Assembly (NCBI GenBank): GCA_041300405.1
Contig: JBGLNK010000001.1
Span: 130,269 to 194,268, forward strand
Direction of reading: 5' to 3'
DNA length: 64,000 nt
Origin: Dehalococcoidia bacterium
GTDB lineage: Bacteria > Chloroflexota > Dehalococcoidia > Dehalococcoidales > RBG-16-60-22
Shown: piece by piece, positions 7,298 through 17,800 of the stretch
How the letters are laid out: the number at the start of each line of letters is the position of its first letter
Numbering within the stretch: the first letter of the stretch is position 1
The notes under the pieces: model-generated
Database searches by the model: none
What the model saw: only the letters and a program-made list of their open reading frames with translations
What the model was told of the DNA's origin: nothing
Translations under genes and position numbers: made by a program

Positions 7298-8704
7298 ATG
7301 AACGAACGGGTAAATATTGATACGGATATAGTCATCGTCGGCGGGGGCGGTGCAGGCATGGCAGCAGCATTATCAGCTGCAGAAAAGGGATGTAAAAATA
7401 TCACCGTTATTGAAAAATCCGGATCAACTGCTGGCAGTACCGCCATGTCCCATGACATCTTCGGCGCAGAAAGCCCAGTACAAAAACGAGCAGGAATCGA
7501 TGCCAGCCGCGACGTACTTTTTAAAAGAGCTATGGAATGGTCGCACTGGACAAAGGTCAATCCAAGAATCGTGCGTGCTTTCATCGATAAGTCCGGCGAT
7601 ACAATAAGCTGGTTGGAAGGCATGGGTATCGAGTTCGCCATAACGCAGTATTTTCCGGGCCAGGTTCCCTGGGTCAGGCATTACATGGTCAACGGCCAAG
7701 GGGCTCATTTGATGAAAACATTACGACTGGAATGCGAAAAGCGCGGCGTCAGAGTATTCACGCATATGCGAGGTGAAAAAATACTGAAAGGAGAGGATGG
7801 TATTGTCCGAGGAATGGTAGCAATAGGGAAAGAAAGTGAAGTAATCGTAAACGCCAAGAGCGTGATAATTACTACCGGCGGCTACGGCAATAACAAAGAA
7901 ATGCTGAAGAAACACTGCCCGTATTATCGCGAGACAATCAGCTATGACGGACCGCCCAGTAATACCGGTGACGGCATAACGATGGCAGTGGCAGTAGGAG
8001 CAGCGACCGACGGCATGGGAGCGTATAACATGCACGGACCTTTTCTTTCGAGCCGGGAAGCGCCGGGTATGCCGGTCAAGGCAAAAGGTCCCGATGGACA
8101 ACCGCTTAAAGTTCGGCTTTTTGAGATGGCGTGGGAGCCGTACACGCTCTGGGTCAACCTGAATGGACGCCGCTTCATTGATGAAGCGTACGCGCAGGCG
8201 TTTTTCGCTTTTGGGAATGCATATGCCCTTCAGCCGGAAGGCGTCGGTTTCACGCTCTTTGACAGTGATACGCTTGCTAAGATGGAAAAGGAGGGTCTTG
8301 TGCGTGTCGGTATCTTTGGCATTTATACTTTGCACAATTTCGTTCCCCCGGCGGTTCCCCTGTCAGGCCTGGCGGACGCCATGAATAACTATCAAGCAAA
8401 TAACGATGTTTTCAAAATCTCATCTTCCTGGGATGAAATGGCCGCGTGGATGGGTACTGACGTTGCGATACTTAAAGCAACGATTGAAGAATATAATGCA
8501 TCATGTATGTGCGGCCATGATTCTTTATTCGTAAAAGACCAAAGGTATCTACGTCCTCTACGTACCCCACCATATTATGCTATCCGCTGCCACGTATCCC
8601 TTTGCGATGCATACGGTGGTATAAAGATAAATGAAAAAATGGAAGCCCTCGATATTTCCAATAACATAATCCCAGGCCTTTTATCCGGGGCAGTTCCTGA
8701 ATAA
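7298..8704 (+). CDS. FAD-dependent oxidoreductase (FAD_binding_2; fumarate reductase/KstD-like flavoprotein), 3' end truncated or chimeric
   Basis: 'DIVIVGGGGAGMAAALSAAEKG' dinucleotide fold. GGAGGAGG RBS before the ATG at 7298. The C-terminal 'IIPGL' is normally followed by YAAGE..., but here it reads LSGAVPE-stop. Confidence 0.8.
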   Translation: MNERVNIDTDIVIVGGGGAGMAAALSAAEKGCKNITVIEKSGSTAGSTAMSHDIFGAESPVQKRAGIDASRDVLFKRAMEWSHWTKVNPRIVRAFIDKSGDTISWLEGMGIEFAITQYFPGQVPWVRHYMVNGQGAHLMKTLRLECEKRGVRVFTHMRGEKILKGEDGIVRGMVAIGKESEVIVNAKSVIITTGGYGNNKEMLKKHCPYYRETISYDGPPSNTGDGITMAVAVGAATDGMGAYNMHGPFLSSREAPGMPVKAKGPDGQPLKVRLFEMAWEPYTLWVNLNGRRFIDEAYAQAFFAFGNAYALQPEGVGFTLFDSDTLAKMEKEGLVRVGIFGIYTLHNFVPPAVPLSGLADAMNNYQANNDVFKISSSWDEMAAWMGTDVAILKATIEEYNASCMCGHDSLFVKDQRYLRPLRTPPYYAIRCHVSLCDAYGGIKINEKMEALDISNNIIPGLLSGAVPE

Positions 8705-10455
8705 GGCCAGGGAGAATCAGCATCGCTGAATCCTTTGATAACCGTTCCGGCGTCCTTACAGGGAGAAATAGATTTCAGGGATACATCGCCCGTCGTAGTG
8801 TTCAGTTGCGGGTTGGAGTTCAGCCCGTGTGTTTCATGTACCGGGTATGCTGAACGCCAGGCTGAATATGTATATTGAGTTCCAAACCACTTCATTGAAA
8901 CACCTGAGGTGCCGTTGTACATACAATTATAGTCCCAGTCACCATCACCGTAGCCGTTGTACTGGACTACGTAACCAGATGCGGTGTTATAGAGTACATT
9001 GTTCCGGTAGATAGCGTTTGTCTGGTGTCTATTAGGAGAGTCTGCTGAGTCAGTGATAATTGATTCAGCTGCGTATGCGAAGGTGTTATGATAAAAATAA
9101 ACGTACCCATTGGAATCATAACCCTCTTTTACCGCAGCAGTCCCGCCGCTGCCGAGGGCGCTTCCGGGTATTACGTTTCTGAACACGTACAGAGGTCCCA
9201 CTGTTACAGGGGCTACTCCTATGGCGGAAGCTGCGCAGTTCTTTATTATGTTGGCCCACAGGGTGCAGTTTATACCTTCATTCTCAAACTCAATCCCATC
9301 GTCATTACATCCGGAGACTATGTTACGATAGACGTGACCGTTCATGTACAGACCATTGTTTATGGTGTCTCCAAAGTTTCCCCCGGAACTGCTTATCACA
9401 TTGTCGCAAAATACGGTGCCCCGAACCAGGGCATAATCCATTTCTACACAGAATGGTCCTCCGTCACTGCCTGACACATTGGTGTAGAAGGTATTTCGTC
9501 TTATAATAGTTTCACTTACGCTGGCATCTGGTTGAGCTACTCCAACGCTCCAATAACCTCCACCATTAACATGGAAAACACAGTCCTCTATCACATTACG
9601 AACCGATGAACCATTTATATAAAAAACAGGAGATGAGCCTGCGTTTGTTACTATAAGCCCCTTGAACCTGTTATAGCTGGCCCCGCTAATTATTAGGGTG
9701 GATTGCTCATAAGTGCTGTGGGTAATAGTTGCAGCATTGTTATAGTCATAGCTGCGCCAGGTGATGTAGTTGTTTACGGTTCCTGAACGGTTAAAAGTCT
9801 TCTGACCACTGTAGGTGCCGGGCAGCAGCATGACCGTGTCTCCGGCGCTAACAGTTGAAATGGCTTTGGCCAGGCTCCACGGCGAGGCATACGTTCCGGG
9901 GTTGGTGCTGCTTCCGGAAGTTGATACGTAATATGTGTTGCCTGACGATGGAGGGTCAGTGTCCCATGTTGTGAATGAGCCGGTTACGGGGTTGGTCCCT
10001 GTGACACCATCCGCGTCCGTTACCGTTATCCGGACATCATAAGTTGTGTTGGGAGTAATTGAAGTAGCTACGTAATCCGTACCGCTGGAATTGAACACTT
10101 CCAGCGGTAAAATTATGACGGTACGAAATTGATTCTTCCAGGCATTGGTAATATAATTGGTATTTCCCTCGTTGCGCATCACCGTAGCCCTGGTATCGTT
10201 GACCATGTCCGGGCCCTGTTTCCATGTATCAGTGCCGCTGACGCGCCATTTTAAATCTACAGTGGCATTATGATTATCGTCGCCGGTGTATCTCAGAATG
10301 ACGGAGCATACTTCCAGTGATGGATAGAGGTCTAAACCTGAGACAGTAATTCCGTTTGAGGCTGCCAATACGGGGCACGGTATATTCATTAGTAGTGACA
10401 AAAGTAGAATTAGAGTAAATCCCCGAATAGTTAAAAACATTAAAGCATGTTTCAT
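8575..10455 (-). CDS. secreted right-handed parallel beta-helix repeat protein with N-terminal Fn3-like domain; native C-terminus lost at about 8683
   Basis: Signal peptide 'LILLLSLLMNIPCPVLAAS'. 'ITPNTTYDVRITVTDADGVTG' is Fn3-like. 'SPWSLAKAISTVSAGDTVMLLPGTY' is the pectate-lyase-fold entry motif. The tail 'SGTAPD' normally continues IGAYE, but here it reads antisense into the FAD gene. Confidence 0.8.
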   Translation of the reverse strand: MKHALMFLTIRGFTLILLLSLLMNIPCPVLAASNGITVSGLDLYPSLEVCSVILRYTGDDNHNATVDLKWRVSGTDTWKQGPDMVNDTRATVMRNEGNTNYITNAWKNQFRTVIILPLEVFNSSGTDYVATSITPNTTYDVRITVTDADGVTGTNPVTGSFTTWDTDPPSSGNTYYVSTSGSSTNPGTYASPWSLAKAISTVSAGDTVMLLPGTYSGQKTFNRSGTVNNYITWRSYDYNNAATITHSTYEQSTLIISGASYNRFKGLIVTNAGSSPVFYINGSSVRNVIEDCVFHVNGGGYWSVGVAQPDASVSETIIRRNTFYTNVSGSDGGPFCVEMDYALVRGTVFCDNVISSSGGNFGDTINNGLYMNGHVYRNIVSGCNDDGIEFENEGINCTLWANIIKNCAASAIGVAPVTVGPLYVFRNVIPGSALGSGGTAAVKEGYDSNGYVYFYHNTFAYAAESIITDSADSPNRHQTNAIYRNNVLYNTASGYVVQYNGYGDGDWDYNCMYNGTSGVSMKWFGTQYTYSAWRSAYPVHETHGLNSNPQLNTTTGDVSLKSISPCKDAGTVIKGFSDADSPWPYSGTAPDKRPGIMLLEISRASIFSFIFIPPYASQRDTWQRIA

Positions 10456-10701
10456 TATAATATCCCCATCTTATTTTAATTTTAAAATATATGCTTAGAT
10501 TATAGATAATCCATGCTTTCATGTCTATAGTACTTTTGTCAAAATTGACCTTTATTTTTATGAAACAGTAAAATGCCTGCTTGAAGCTGGTGTGGCAGAT
10601 GGATTGACCTTGGGTTTAATGAGACTGAAAGTGAGCGTGTTCACCAAGCCCGAATCTCCAATAAAGCCTGGACAATTGATGGGATTTATCAAACCATCAT
10701 A

Positions 10702-11079
10702 ATGCCGGAAAGGGCTAAGAAGGAGAAAAGGCGGTTGACAGAAGAAGCAATCCGCGTTGGTTTGGATATTGCTAAAAATATTCAGGACATAGCGTTCAGC
10801 AATTCAAAACGACAGTTCAAGAACGACAAGAAGGCATTACCATTTGCAGTCCGTTACATTGCCGATCTGAAGCCCGCCAAGATTATTTGTGAAGCGATCG
10901 GCAAATATGAAATACCTCTAGCGGCGATTCTCCAGACCAGTGGCCTACCGGTAGTTATCATAAATTCGCGCCAGGAGACATTCTCTACGATAACGATTAA
11001 TAAGTTCTACCACCGGAGTGTGCTTGTAAGCTGGCCTCGAAGTTTTCTTGATAAATCGCAAAGATTAATCATGGGGTAA
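10702..11079 (+). CDS. hypothetical protein
   Basis: 125-aa ORF in the island. No recognisable motifs. Confidence 0.3.
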   Translation: MPERAKKEKRRLTEEAIRVGLDIAKNIQDIAFSNSKRQFKNDKKALPFAVRYIADLKPAKIICEAIGKYEIPLAAILQTSGLPVVIINSRQETFSTITINKFYHRSVLVSWPRSFLDKSQRLIMG

Positions 11080-11123
11080 GTATATTATTGCCCGTTTTAA
11101 TAAATGCATAAGGCGTATCCGGT

Positions 11124-12041
11124 TTACCTGGCAAGTTTTTTTAACTTTTTAACCAGAGGCTCCCAGATACCAAGCGCATGACACAAATTCTCTAGAAAAC
11201 TACCGTCTTCCATCAGGATATTCCTGGGGAATAAGTAAGCATCGGTATTCACTGAAGCGAATTTATTTTCGGTGGTAGCTGCTAATTCGTACTTATAAGC
11301 CTCAAGCAGTGGTCTTTCCCTGCCGTCAAAAGAACCGTTGGGATAGGCAAAGGATGTGACATTTTTCCCTGTCCACTTCTCCAGTCTTCTTTTTGATTCG
11401 TCAAACTCTTGTGCAACCTGGTTATCTGAACAGTTAGGGAGGATTGGATGTGAAGCCGTATGAGCACCTATGGTTACCTGTGGTATTGAGCTAATACATT
11501 TAATTTCATCAATAGTCATAGCTTCCCGGGGAAATATTACGCCGGCGTGATCAATCAACCCGATTACGTGTTTTCTTTGATTTTCCGGCAGTTTTTTTAT
11601 TGAATTCACATTTCGGAATTCAACCGGAACTGAATGTGGAGATAATATAATTTTTCTCCACCAGAAAGTACCTTCCTCTATCGCATCAGTACACGCAAAT
11701 ATGGTTATCGGTATATTGTATTGTACGGCCAGTGGCACGACATTAGTAATGTTCCCTCGCCATCCGTCATCAAGGGAAATCCAGAGCGCGCCTGGCGGGC
11801 AAACATCTTTTTTATTTAGTATATCTATCAATTGAGCAGATGAAAGAAAAACAAATCCGTTTTTCTGGAACCAGGTAATGATTTTTTTAAAAAGTTTACT
11901 ATCGGGATTATGAAAAGCAATTGCCAGGATTACATCTTTTTGAAACGCCTGCCGCTTTGCCTTTGCAATATAACCTAGCAGCATCAATATCACAGCTAGT
12001 ATGCCACCGGCGCTTTTTCTTACTGCCTTTTTGAGATCCAA
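11124..12041 (-). CDS. polysaccharide deacetylase (NodB homology domain) with N-terminal membrane anchor
   Basis: 'ISLDDGW' (motif 1), 'HTASHP' (motif 2), 'FAYPNG' (motif 3). Confidence 0.85.
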   Translation of the reverse strand: MDLKKAVRKSAGGILAVILMLLGYIAKAKRQAFQKDVILAIAFHNPDSKLFKKIITWFQKNGFVFLSSAQLIDILNKKDVCPPGALWISLDDGWRGNITNVVPLAVQYNIPITIFACTDAIEEGTFWWRKIILSPHSVPVEFRNVNSIKKLPENQRKHVIGLIDHAGVIFPREAMTIDEIKCISSIPQVTIGAHTASHPILPNCSDNQVAQEFDESKRRLEKWTGKNVTSFAYPNGSFDGRERPLLEAYKYELAATTENKFASVNTDAYLFPRNILMEDGSFLENLCHALGIWEPLVKKLKKLAR

Positions 12042-12165
12042 TAGTTAGCTCCCTTTTTGGGGATTGAACTGCGGTAAATATCTGCGAGCAAGCCTATGAT
12101 ACTTAATAATTCGAGCTTCGCGTAGGCTTTGATCCTCGCATCTTAGAATTCTAGGCAAAATAGGA

Positions 12166-13350
12166 TCAATCTAAATTATGATTTCGTTTTTTTGACGAAT
12201 GGCGACTTCTTTTCAGTTTAATAGCCTCTTCAAAAAGAATTTCATAATCTCTTACCATGCGCTCAAGAGAAAACCGGCTCGCTATCACAGACTCACCACG
12301 TTTTCCCATCTCCCGGGCTCTTTCCGGTTGCTGCAAACAAGTAAGAATTGCCTCGGCGAGGCGTTCCGGATTTCTGACCGGGACTATCAACCCCGTTTCT
12401 CCATCTACTATCAACTCATTATTCCCACCGGCATTTGTAGCTACCACAGGCTTACCAAAGGCCATTGCTTCTAATATAGAGTTAGAGCACCCTTCCGGCT
12501 CGGCTGAACATAGGCACGCAATATCAAACATCGATATATAAGAACCTACATCCGTTTGATTGCCTAGGAAACTCACATTTGATTCTATTCCTAATTCCCC
12601 GGCCATGTTTTTAAGCATAGGGCCCAATGGTCCATCGCCAAGTATGGCGAACTTTACCTGCGGCATGGCGCGTGATACCAATCGGGCAGCTTGAAGAAAT
12701 GTAGCATGGTCTTTGTTGGCGGTGAGGCTGGCCGAGATACCAACGACTATCCCGTTGGACGGCAGCCCCATGGCGGCTTTTATTCGGGCGACTTTATCTG
12801 GATCAGGAGCCAGACGACTAATATTTATACCGTTATAGATTACCCTGATGCAATCAACGTTTATACCCCGCTTAATCAAATAGCTCTTACCGGATTCGCT
12901 GTTAGGTACAACATATTCGGTAAAACGCGTGAAAAAATCCTCTATACGCAGGTAGAAACTATGTCCCAGTCCAGGCTTACTGCGCTTATTTCCGCGTTCT
13001 GTAATAACCTTGACTGGGGTTCGGTTAATCACCGCAGGTAATAGAGTAAAGAAAGTTGCCGGAGTTAGGAACGGCTGGATAACGTCTACATTCTTTTGCC
13101 GCAGGAGCCTCAACATTGTAAAAAGAAGAACGTAATTATACTTGCTCTTTCTATTTAAACAGATATATTCTATATTTGGAATATTTTTAATTTCCGGCTC
13201 CAGGTCTCCACCAGGATAAAGAGTGACCACTATAAGTCTAAAACGTGACTTGTCCAACCCCTTGGCGAGCTCCAGGAACTGCTGCTCTGCTCCGCCAATA
13301 ATCATTTTATTAATGGTGAGCATGACGGTTATTTTCTGTTTATCTTCCAC
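12166..13350 (-). CDS. glycosyltransferase family 4
   Basis: 'EPEGCSNSILEAMAFGKPVVATNAGGNNELIVDGETGLIV' is a GT-B E-x7-E region. Confidence 0.9.
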   Translation of the reverse strand: MEDKQKITVMLTINKMIIGGAEQQFLELAKGLDKSRFRLIVVTLYPGGDLEPEIKNIPNIEYICLNRKSKYNYVLLFTMLRLLRQKNVDVIQPFLTPATFFTLLPAVINRTPVKVITERGNKRSKPGLGHSFYLRIEDFFTRFTEYVVPNSESGKSYLIKRGINVDCIRVIYNGINISRLAPDPDKVARIKAAMGLPSNGIVVGISASLTANKDHATFLQAARLVSRAMPQVKFAILGDGPLGPMLKNMAGELGIESNVSFLGNQTDVGSYISMFDIACLCSAEPEGCSNSILEAMAFGKPVVATNAGGNNELIVDGETGLIVPVRNPERLAEAILTCLQQPERAREMGKRGESVIASRFSLERMVRDYEILFEEAIKLKRSRHSSKKRNHNLD

Positions 13351-13359
13351 CTGAATTCC

Positions 13360-14871
13360 CTATCTTTCATCTTTAGAGCTTTTAACTGTTGTGATTTGCG
13401 CGGATGAATTAAGCATCAAAATCTTTGATCCATTTTTTTCTTTAGCAGCAAGTTTTATCATGACAAGAGAAAAACCAGCCAGTACCCAGAAAAGAGGCAT
13501 GGTATCTAACAAATTGTGGTAAAAAGAATTCGCCACGTAAGTTATAAACGCCCCGGCGAAACCCAGTGATAATGCTTTAAGAAATCGATTATTTGATTTG
13601 AAATATGACTTCATAAAATTAGAAAGGATAACGAAATGCAGCCATAAAAACATAACCAAAGCCAGCACGCCGTAATTTACCCACATCATCAAATAGTCAT
13701 TATGAGGCGGGTCATTACCCAAAGTCATATAACTCCAGTATCGATTTCTTTCCCAATCGATTAGGGATGGGTCAATACGGGAAGCATATTGTGGAGAGAC
13801 CGTCATAAATTGTTCAGCACCGATTCCCGTGATAGGATTATCAAAAGCGATGGCTAGCCCTGCTTGCCAGAGTATTGCCCTGGCGACGCCGCTTTCCTCT
13901 TGTTCTATGTTTGAACGTCCGCCGACTGTAGATTCTACAACAACACTAGAATTTGCTAAAAAGACGAGCGTAACGAGCAGAACTGTCAGTATTATCCACC
14001 ATTTACTCCGTAACATTAAAAACGACGCCATACCTATGAAACCGCATATCAAAGCGAAAATAGCCGAACGGGTATAAGTGAACCATAAACCCAGGAATAA
14101 TACTAATATTGGTATAAAAAGCAATTTTTTGTTTGCTAGACCTACCCCATTTTTAAGAAAGATGCCTGCTAAGATCGCTATAATAACCGATAATAAATAT
14201 GAAAGTTCCAGTTCCATTTCGCTCATACCCGGCGCTCTTCCCAATCTGACCATTATCTCTGGAACCAGGGTAGCTTGTTGCATTCCCAGAATATTATAAT
14301 GTTGCATGATTGCTATAAGAGCTGACGCTATTGCTATAACGAAAGCGAAACTCAAGACGATTTTTAGTTGTTTCGGACTTTCGATTATAGCTGGTAAAAG
14401 AATAGCAAATAATACACCGGTCACAATATTACGAAAATCTCTGAAAACACTATCGAATCCTATGGAATCAAATGAATTCGCTATTACCGAAATGATTATC
14501 AATACCAGTGCTGGAATAATCAGCCTACGCGCATTTGGCCCCAGGTCGATCTCTTTCCGGGCCAAAGCTCCCCTGAGGATAAAAAGAGTAAGCAGTAACA
14601 GCATCAAGCGTAAGCTGATAGCGACAAAGGGAGTAGGGACCATGTAACTGGTTATTGTCAATTGTTGTAACAAGAGCGCGGCTATAGCCCAAACAGGTTT
14701 CTTGAACCCAATGATAAAAACAATCACTATCGCCAGAAACAGGAAGGAAGGTAATGCCCATTGTAAGAGTGCCCAGCCAAGGGCGATGAGTATAACCGCC
14801 CAGGCCATACCTCTAGGTTGGGTGAGAAATTTAGGGTACAAGGTTTGTTTTATTATCGTACTCATATTCAA
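13360..14871 (-). CDS. O-antigen ligase/polymerase-like (Wzy-type) integral membrane protein
   Basis: 503 aa, at least 10 hydrophobic segments with one large loop. Sits between GT4 genes and a flippase. Confidence 0.65.
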   Translation of the reverse strand: MNMSTIIKQTLYPKFLTQPRGMAWAVILIALGWALLQWALPSFLFLAIVIVFIIGFKKPVWAIAALLLQQLTITSYMVPTPFVAISLRLMLLLLTLFILRGALARKEIDLGPNARRLIIPALVLIIISVIANSFDSIGFDSVFRDFRNIVTGVLFAILLPAIIESPKQLKIVLSFAFVIAIASALIAIMQHYNILGMQQATLVPEIMVRLGRAPGMSEMELELSYLLSVIIAILAGIFLKNGVGLANKKLLFIPILVLFLGLWFTYTRSAIFALICGFIGMASFLMLRSKWWIILTVLLVTLVFLANSSVVVESTVGGRSNIEQEESGVARAILWQAGLAIAFDNPITGIGAEQFMTVSPQYASRIDPSLIDWERNRYWSYMTLGNDPPHNDYLMMWVNYGVLALVMFLWLHFVILSNFMKSYFKSNNRFLKALSLGFAGAFITYVANSFYHNLLDTMPLFWVLAGFSLVMIKLAAKEKNGSKILMLNSSAQITTVKSSKDER

Positions 14872-14900
14872 AAAAATAGTTGCTGCATATCATAGAAACT

Positions 14901-15926
14901 TTATGAAACGTTTCTATCAGTAATGCCTTGTTCAGAAGTCCCCTTTTGATTTTTTCGCCTTATTCGATAAAAGTTCCACCATCTCAAGCTTTTTTCCTCG
15001 ATTACCTGTTCGTAAATAGCCATGAGTCTGCGGCTAATAGCGCCTATTTCTAGATGCGCCACCTTTTCCCGGCCGTTCGTCCTTTTACCACGGTTTAAAG
15101 CCATTTCCAGCTTTTCCGCAACGTCCGTTGGCACCTGTGAGCAGATAAAGCATCCATCAGTGTCGCTAATAACCTCGGGGACATCACCAACAGGGACGGA
15201 AACAATGGGTAAATTACAGGCCATAGCCTCTTTAATAACCATCGGTGAACCTTCGCCATCTGAGACCAAAACCAGCACGTCGCAGGCACTCATATATTTC
15301 GGGACAACTCCGAGGGGTTTTTTTGATACCAGTACCAACTCAGCATCAGGGACTCTTTCTTTTAATATCTCTACCGAAGCTTGTACTATATCCCATCGCT
15401 TGACTGGTACGTCGTGTTGCCCCGCGAAGATTACCAGTTTATTGTTGGCGCTCAGATTTAGCTCCTTCCTCATTTGCTGGCGCTGCATCGGTTTGAACAA
15501 TTCAAAATCGACACCGCAGGGAACAACGAGAGATTTACTCAGGCGGCCTCTTTCCTTCATCTCGCTTGACATAACTAATGTCTTATCCATGAACAAGGTG
15601 ACAAGCCGGCAAATAGGGGCCTGCCAGGTTTGAAAAACCTGATGGCCGTGGTGCGTTAGCACTACCGGGTAAAGAAATTGCGCCCTGGCAATTATCCCTG
15701 AAAACACATAATGCGCATGGATTAAATCATAACGCCGTGTTAGTAGTCTGGCCCATAACCTCGGGAACCCCCAGAGATAATTTAATCGGTTCTTTTTACC
15801 ATTTACAAATAATACATCAACCTCGGCACCGTTTTTCTTCAAGGACTCCACCTGCTCCTTGACGAAAGTACCGAAAAAGGGCATTCTCTCTGTGGGGTAC
15901 ATATTCGTTACTATTAGAATTTTCAT
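14901..15926 (-). CDS. glycosyltransferase family 4 (ATG at 15926 preferred over TTG at 15950)
   Basis: 'MKILIVTNMYP...', 'SDGEGSPMVIKEAMACNLPIVSVPVGDVPEVI'. Confidence 0.85.
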   Translation of the reverse strand: MKILIVTNMYPTERMPFFGTFVKEQVESLKKNGAEVDVLFVNGKKNRLNYLWGFPRLWARLLTRRYDLIHAHYVFSGIIARAQFLYPVVLTHHGHQVFQTWQAPICRLVTLFMDKTLVMSSEMKERGRLSKSLVVPCGVDFELFKPMQRQQMRKELNLSANNKLVIFAGQHDVPVKRWDIVQASVEILKERVPDAELVLVSKKPLGVVPKYMSACDVLVLVSDGEGSPMVIKEAMACNLPIVSVPVGDVPEVISDTDGCFICSQVPTDVAEKLEMALNRGKRTNGREKVAHLEIGAISRRLMAIYEQVIEEKSLRWWNFYRIRRKNQKGTSEQGITDRNVS

Positions 15927-16174
15927 AAGATTTCTCTTTGGGCGCTGCAAATTCGCGCATTACAATTATATTCTTGGATCCGGAACGTTCGCTTTCTAGT
16001 TACAATCATAATATTTTTACGTATGAATAAGGTTAGAATATTGTTATTAGGCGGTTAGAATCACGGGCCAATAAAATACCTTTGATAATCTGAACAAACA
16101 CTTAAAACCGGTGTTTTTTTTCTCAACATTTCCAAATTTTGTATTAAACACCACTTTATAAATTTTTCGTTATT

Positions 16175-17755
16175 TTATTGCGTTATCCGCTTTCTTACCA
16201 GCTTTTCTACGATTCCTAGTAAAAAGCCGTAACTTCCCCGTAAAAGACCCGGGAGTCCATCCTGCGTTCGTCTCAGAATATCGATATCACTCTGGCGTAT
16301 TACTCCGATACCCGTTAGACCTATCAACATGATAACAACACCCAACGGTAACAAGAGAACCAGAGCCACCAACGCAATATGAATGTGCAATTGAAGATAG
16401 AAAATGATAATTCCCATGATAAAAGATATAGAAATTATTTTAAGAGTATCTCTCATAGGCCAGGAAGTCTGGCAAATTCGCGAGGCAAAAATGATATAAA
16501 GAACTGCCGATATTATCCGGGGTATAGAGCTACCCACCGCAGCTCCAATTGCGCCATACTTTGGAATAAGCCACAGGTCCAGCCCAATACTAATAATGAC
16601 CAACAAGACTCCCGTCGTAAGAACTGATGATGGCTTGTCCATACCATACAGCACTCCCGTTGCAGCATTAGATATCGCCAGAAGAGCGAACGGGAATAAC
16701 AAAATCTGCAACATCAGTACGGCCGGCGTATATTCTGCTCCATAAAACACTTGAATAATTGGCGCGGATAAAGCAATGCCCCCTATCGCCAGGGGAAAAC
16801 CAAACATCATAAGATATCGTGCTGAATTTAAATATATTGCCCTGATCCTGTCAATATCACCTCGGGCGAATTGCTCCGAAATAGCGGGGACAAGCACCCC
16901 ACTGAAAACCTGAAGCACCAGCCCTATCGAGTTTTGAGCAAGAAGAAAAGCTATAGAATAAAAGCCAACCACCTCGCTGGATTGGTAAATACCCAGGAAA
17001 AACATCTCAGCTCTTTGTACCTGAAAGTAGCCCACGAAAAATATCCCTGTCATGATCAGAGAATACTTTAAGGCACGTTTCGATTCTGGAGTCAAACGCG
17101 GTACGTTGAGTAAACCTTTCAGTGGTATTAACCGGCGAAGCAGAAATAACCCGAAAAATAAACCCACAACCCATGAAAAGATACTCACGTATAATATTTC
17201 CTGCACGCCGAGGCCCAGGATACATACTATGACTATTCCCAGGGCGCGTAGCGGGTTTGTTGCCAGCATCATATAAGCGCCATATTCATATTTCTGAAAG
17301 CCGGCAAAGATAGAAGACAACAAAAAATTTAATACATTTGGCAGGATTCCCAGAGAAAGAACAATAAATAAGGACTCGATGCCAGGATTACTGAACAATT
17401 CAGCCCAGAATTGAGCAAAGACAACGAGGATGATAATAATTACTATTGATGCCGCTACCCTTATCCATGAAGCCAGTCCCACTAAAGATACGGCTGTTCC
17501 GATATCCTGCCGTCCAATGGCTTCAGCCACATATCTTATTACCATATTCCCCAACCCAAGATTAACAAAAAGTTGGACAAAAGAGATAAACCACATCAGG
17601 AATGAATACACACCGTAATCTTCAGGACCGAGAAACCGCGCCAGTAAAATACCGATACCGAAGTTAATCACCATGTCCGATGCGCTGGCAATAAAGTTAA
17701 ACAAGGTGTTTTTTGCTATAGTCCCGGCGACACCTGCATGTTCATTATCGGTCAT
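16175..17755 (-). CDS. polysaccharide flippase (Wzx / MOP superfamily)
   Basis: 526 aa, about 14 TM helices. N-terminal 'KNTLFNFIASASDMVINFGIGILLARFLGPEDYG' is typical of polysaccharide biosynthesis proteins. Confidence 0.85.
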   Translation of the reverse strand: MTDNEHAGVAGTIAKNTLFNFIASASDMVINFGIGILLARFLGPEDYGVYSFLMWFISFVQLFVNLGLGNMVIRYVAEAIGRQDIGTAVSLVGLASWIRVAASIVIIIILVVFAQFWAELFSNPGIESLFIVLSLGILPNVLNFLLSSIFAGFQKYEYGAYMMLATNPLRALGIVIVCILGLGVQEILYVSIFSWVVGLFFGLFLLRRLIPLKGLLNVPRLTPESKRALKYSLIMTGIFFVGYFQVQRAEMFFLGIYQSSEVVGFYSIAFLLAQNSIGLVLQVFSGVLVPAISEQFARGDIDRIRAIYLNSARYLMMFGFPLAIGGIALSAPIIQVFYGAEYTPAVLMLQILLFPFALLAISNAATGVLYGMDKPSSVLTTGVLLVIISIGLDLWLIPKYGAIGAAVGSSIPRIISAVLYIIFASRICQTSWPMRDTLKIISISFIMGIIIFYLQLHIHIALVALVLLLPLGVVIMLIGLTGIGVIRQSDIDILRRTQDGLPGLLRGSYGFLLGIVEKLVRKRITQ

Positions 17756-17800
17756 TTGTAAAACCCTTGCATAACATTTTTAAACATCATCATATTTCTC

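Noticed and set aside
10560-10700. Start-less open frame ('KCLLEAGVADGLTLGLMRLKVSVFTKPESPIKPGQLMGFIKPS') abutting the 10702 ORF; possible pseudogene
   Set aside because: No recognisable family, no start or RBS, and too short to evaluate.
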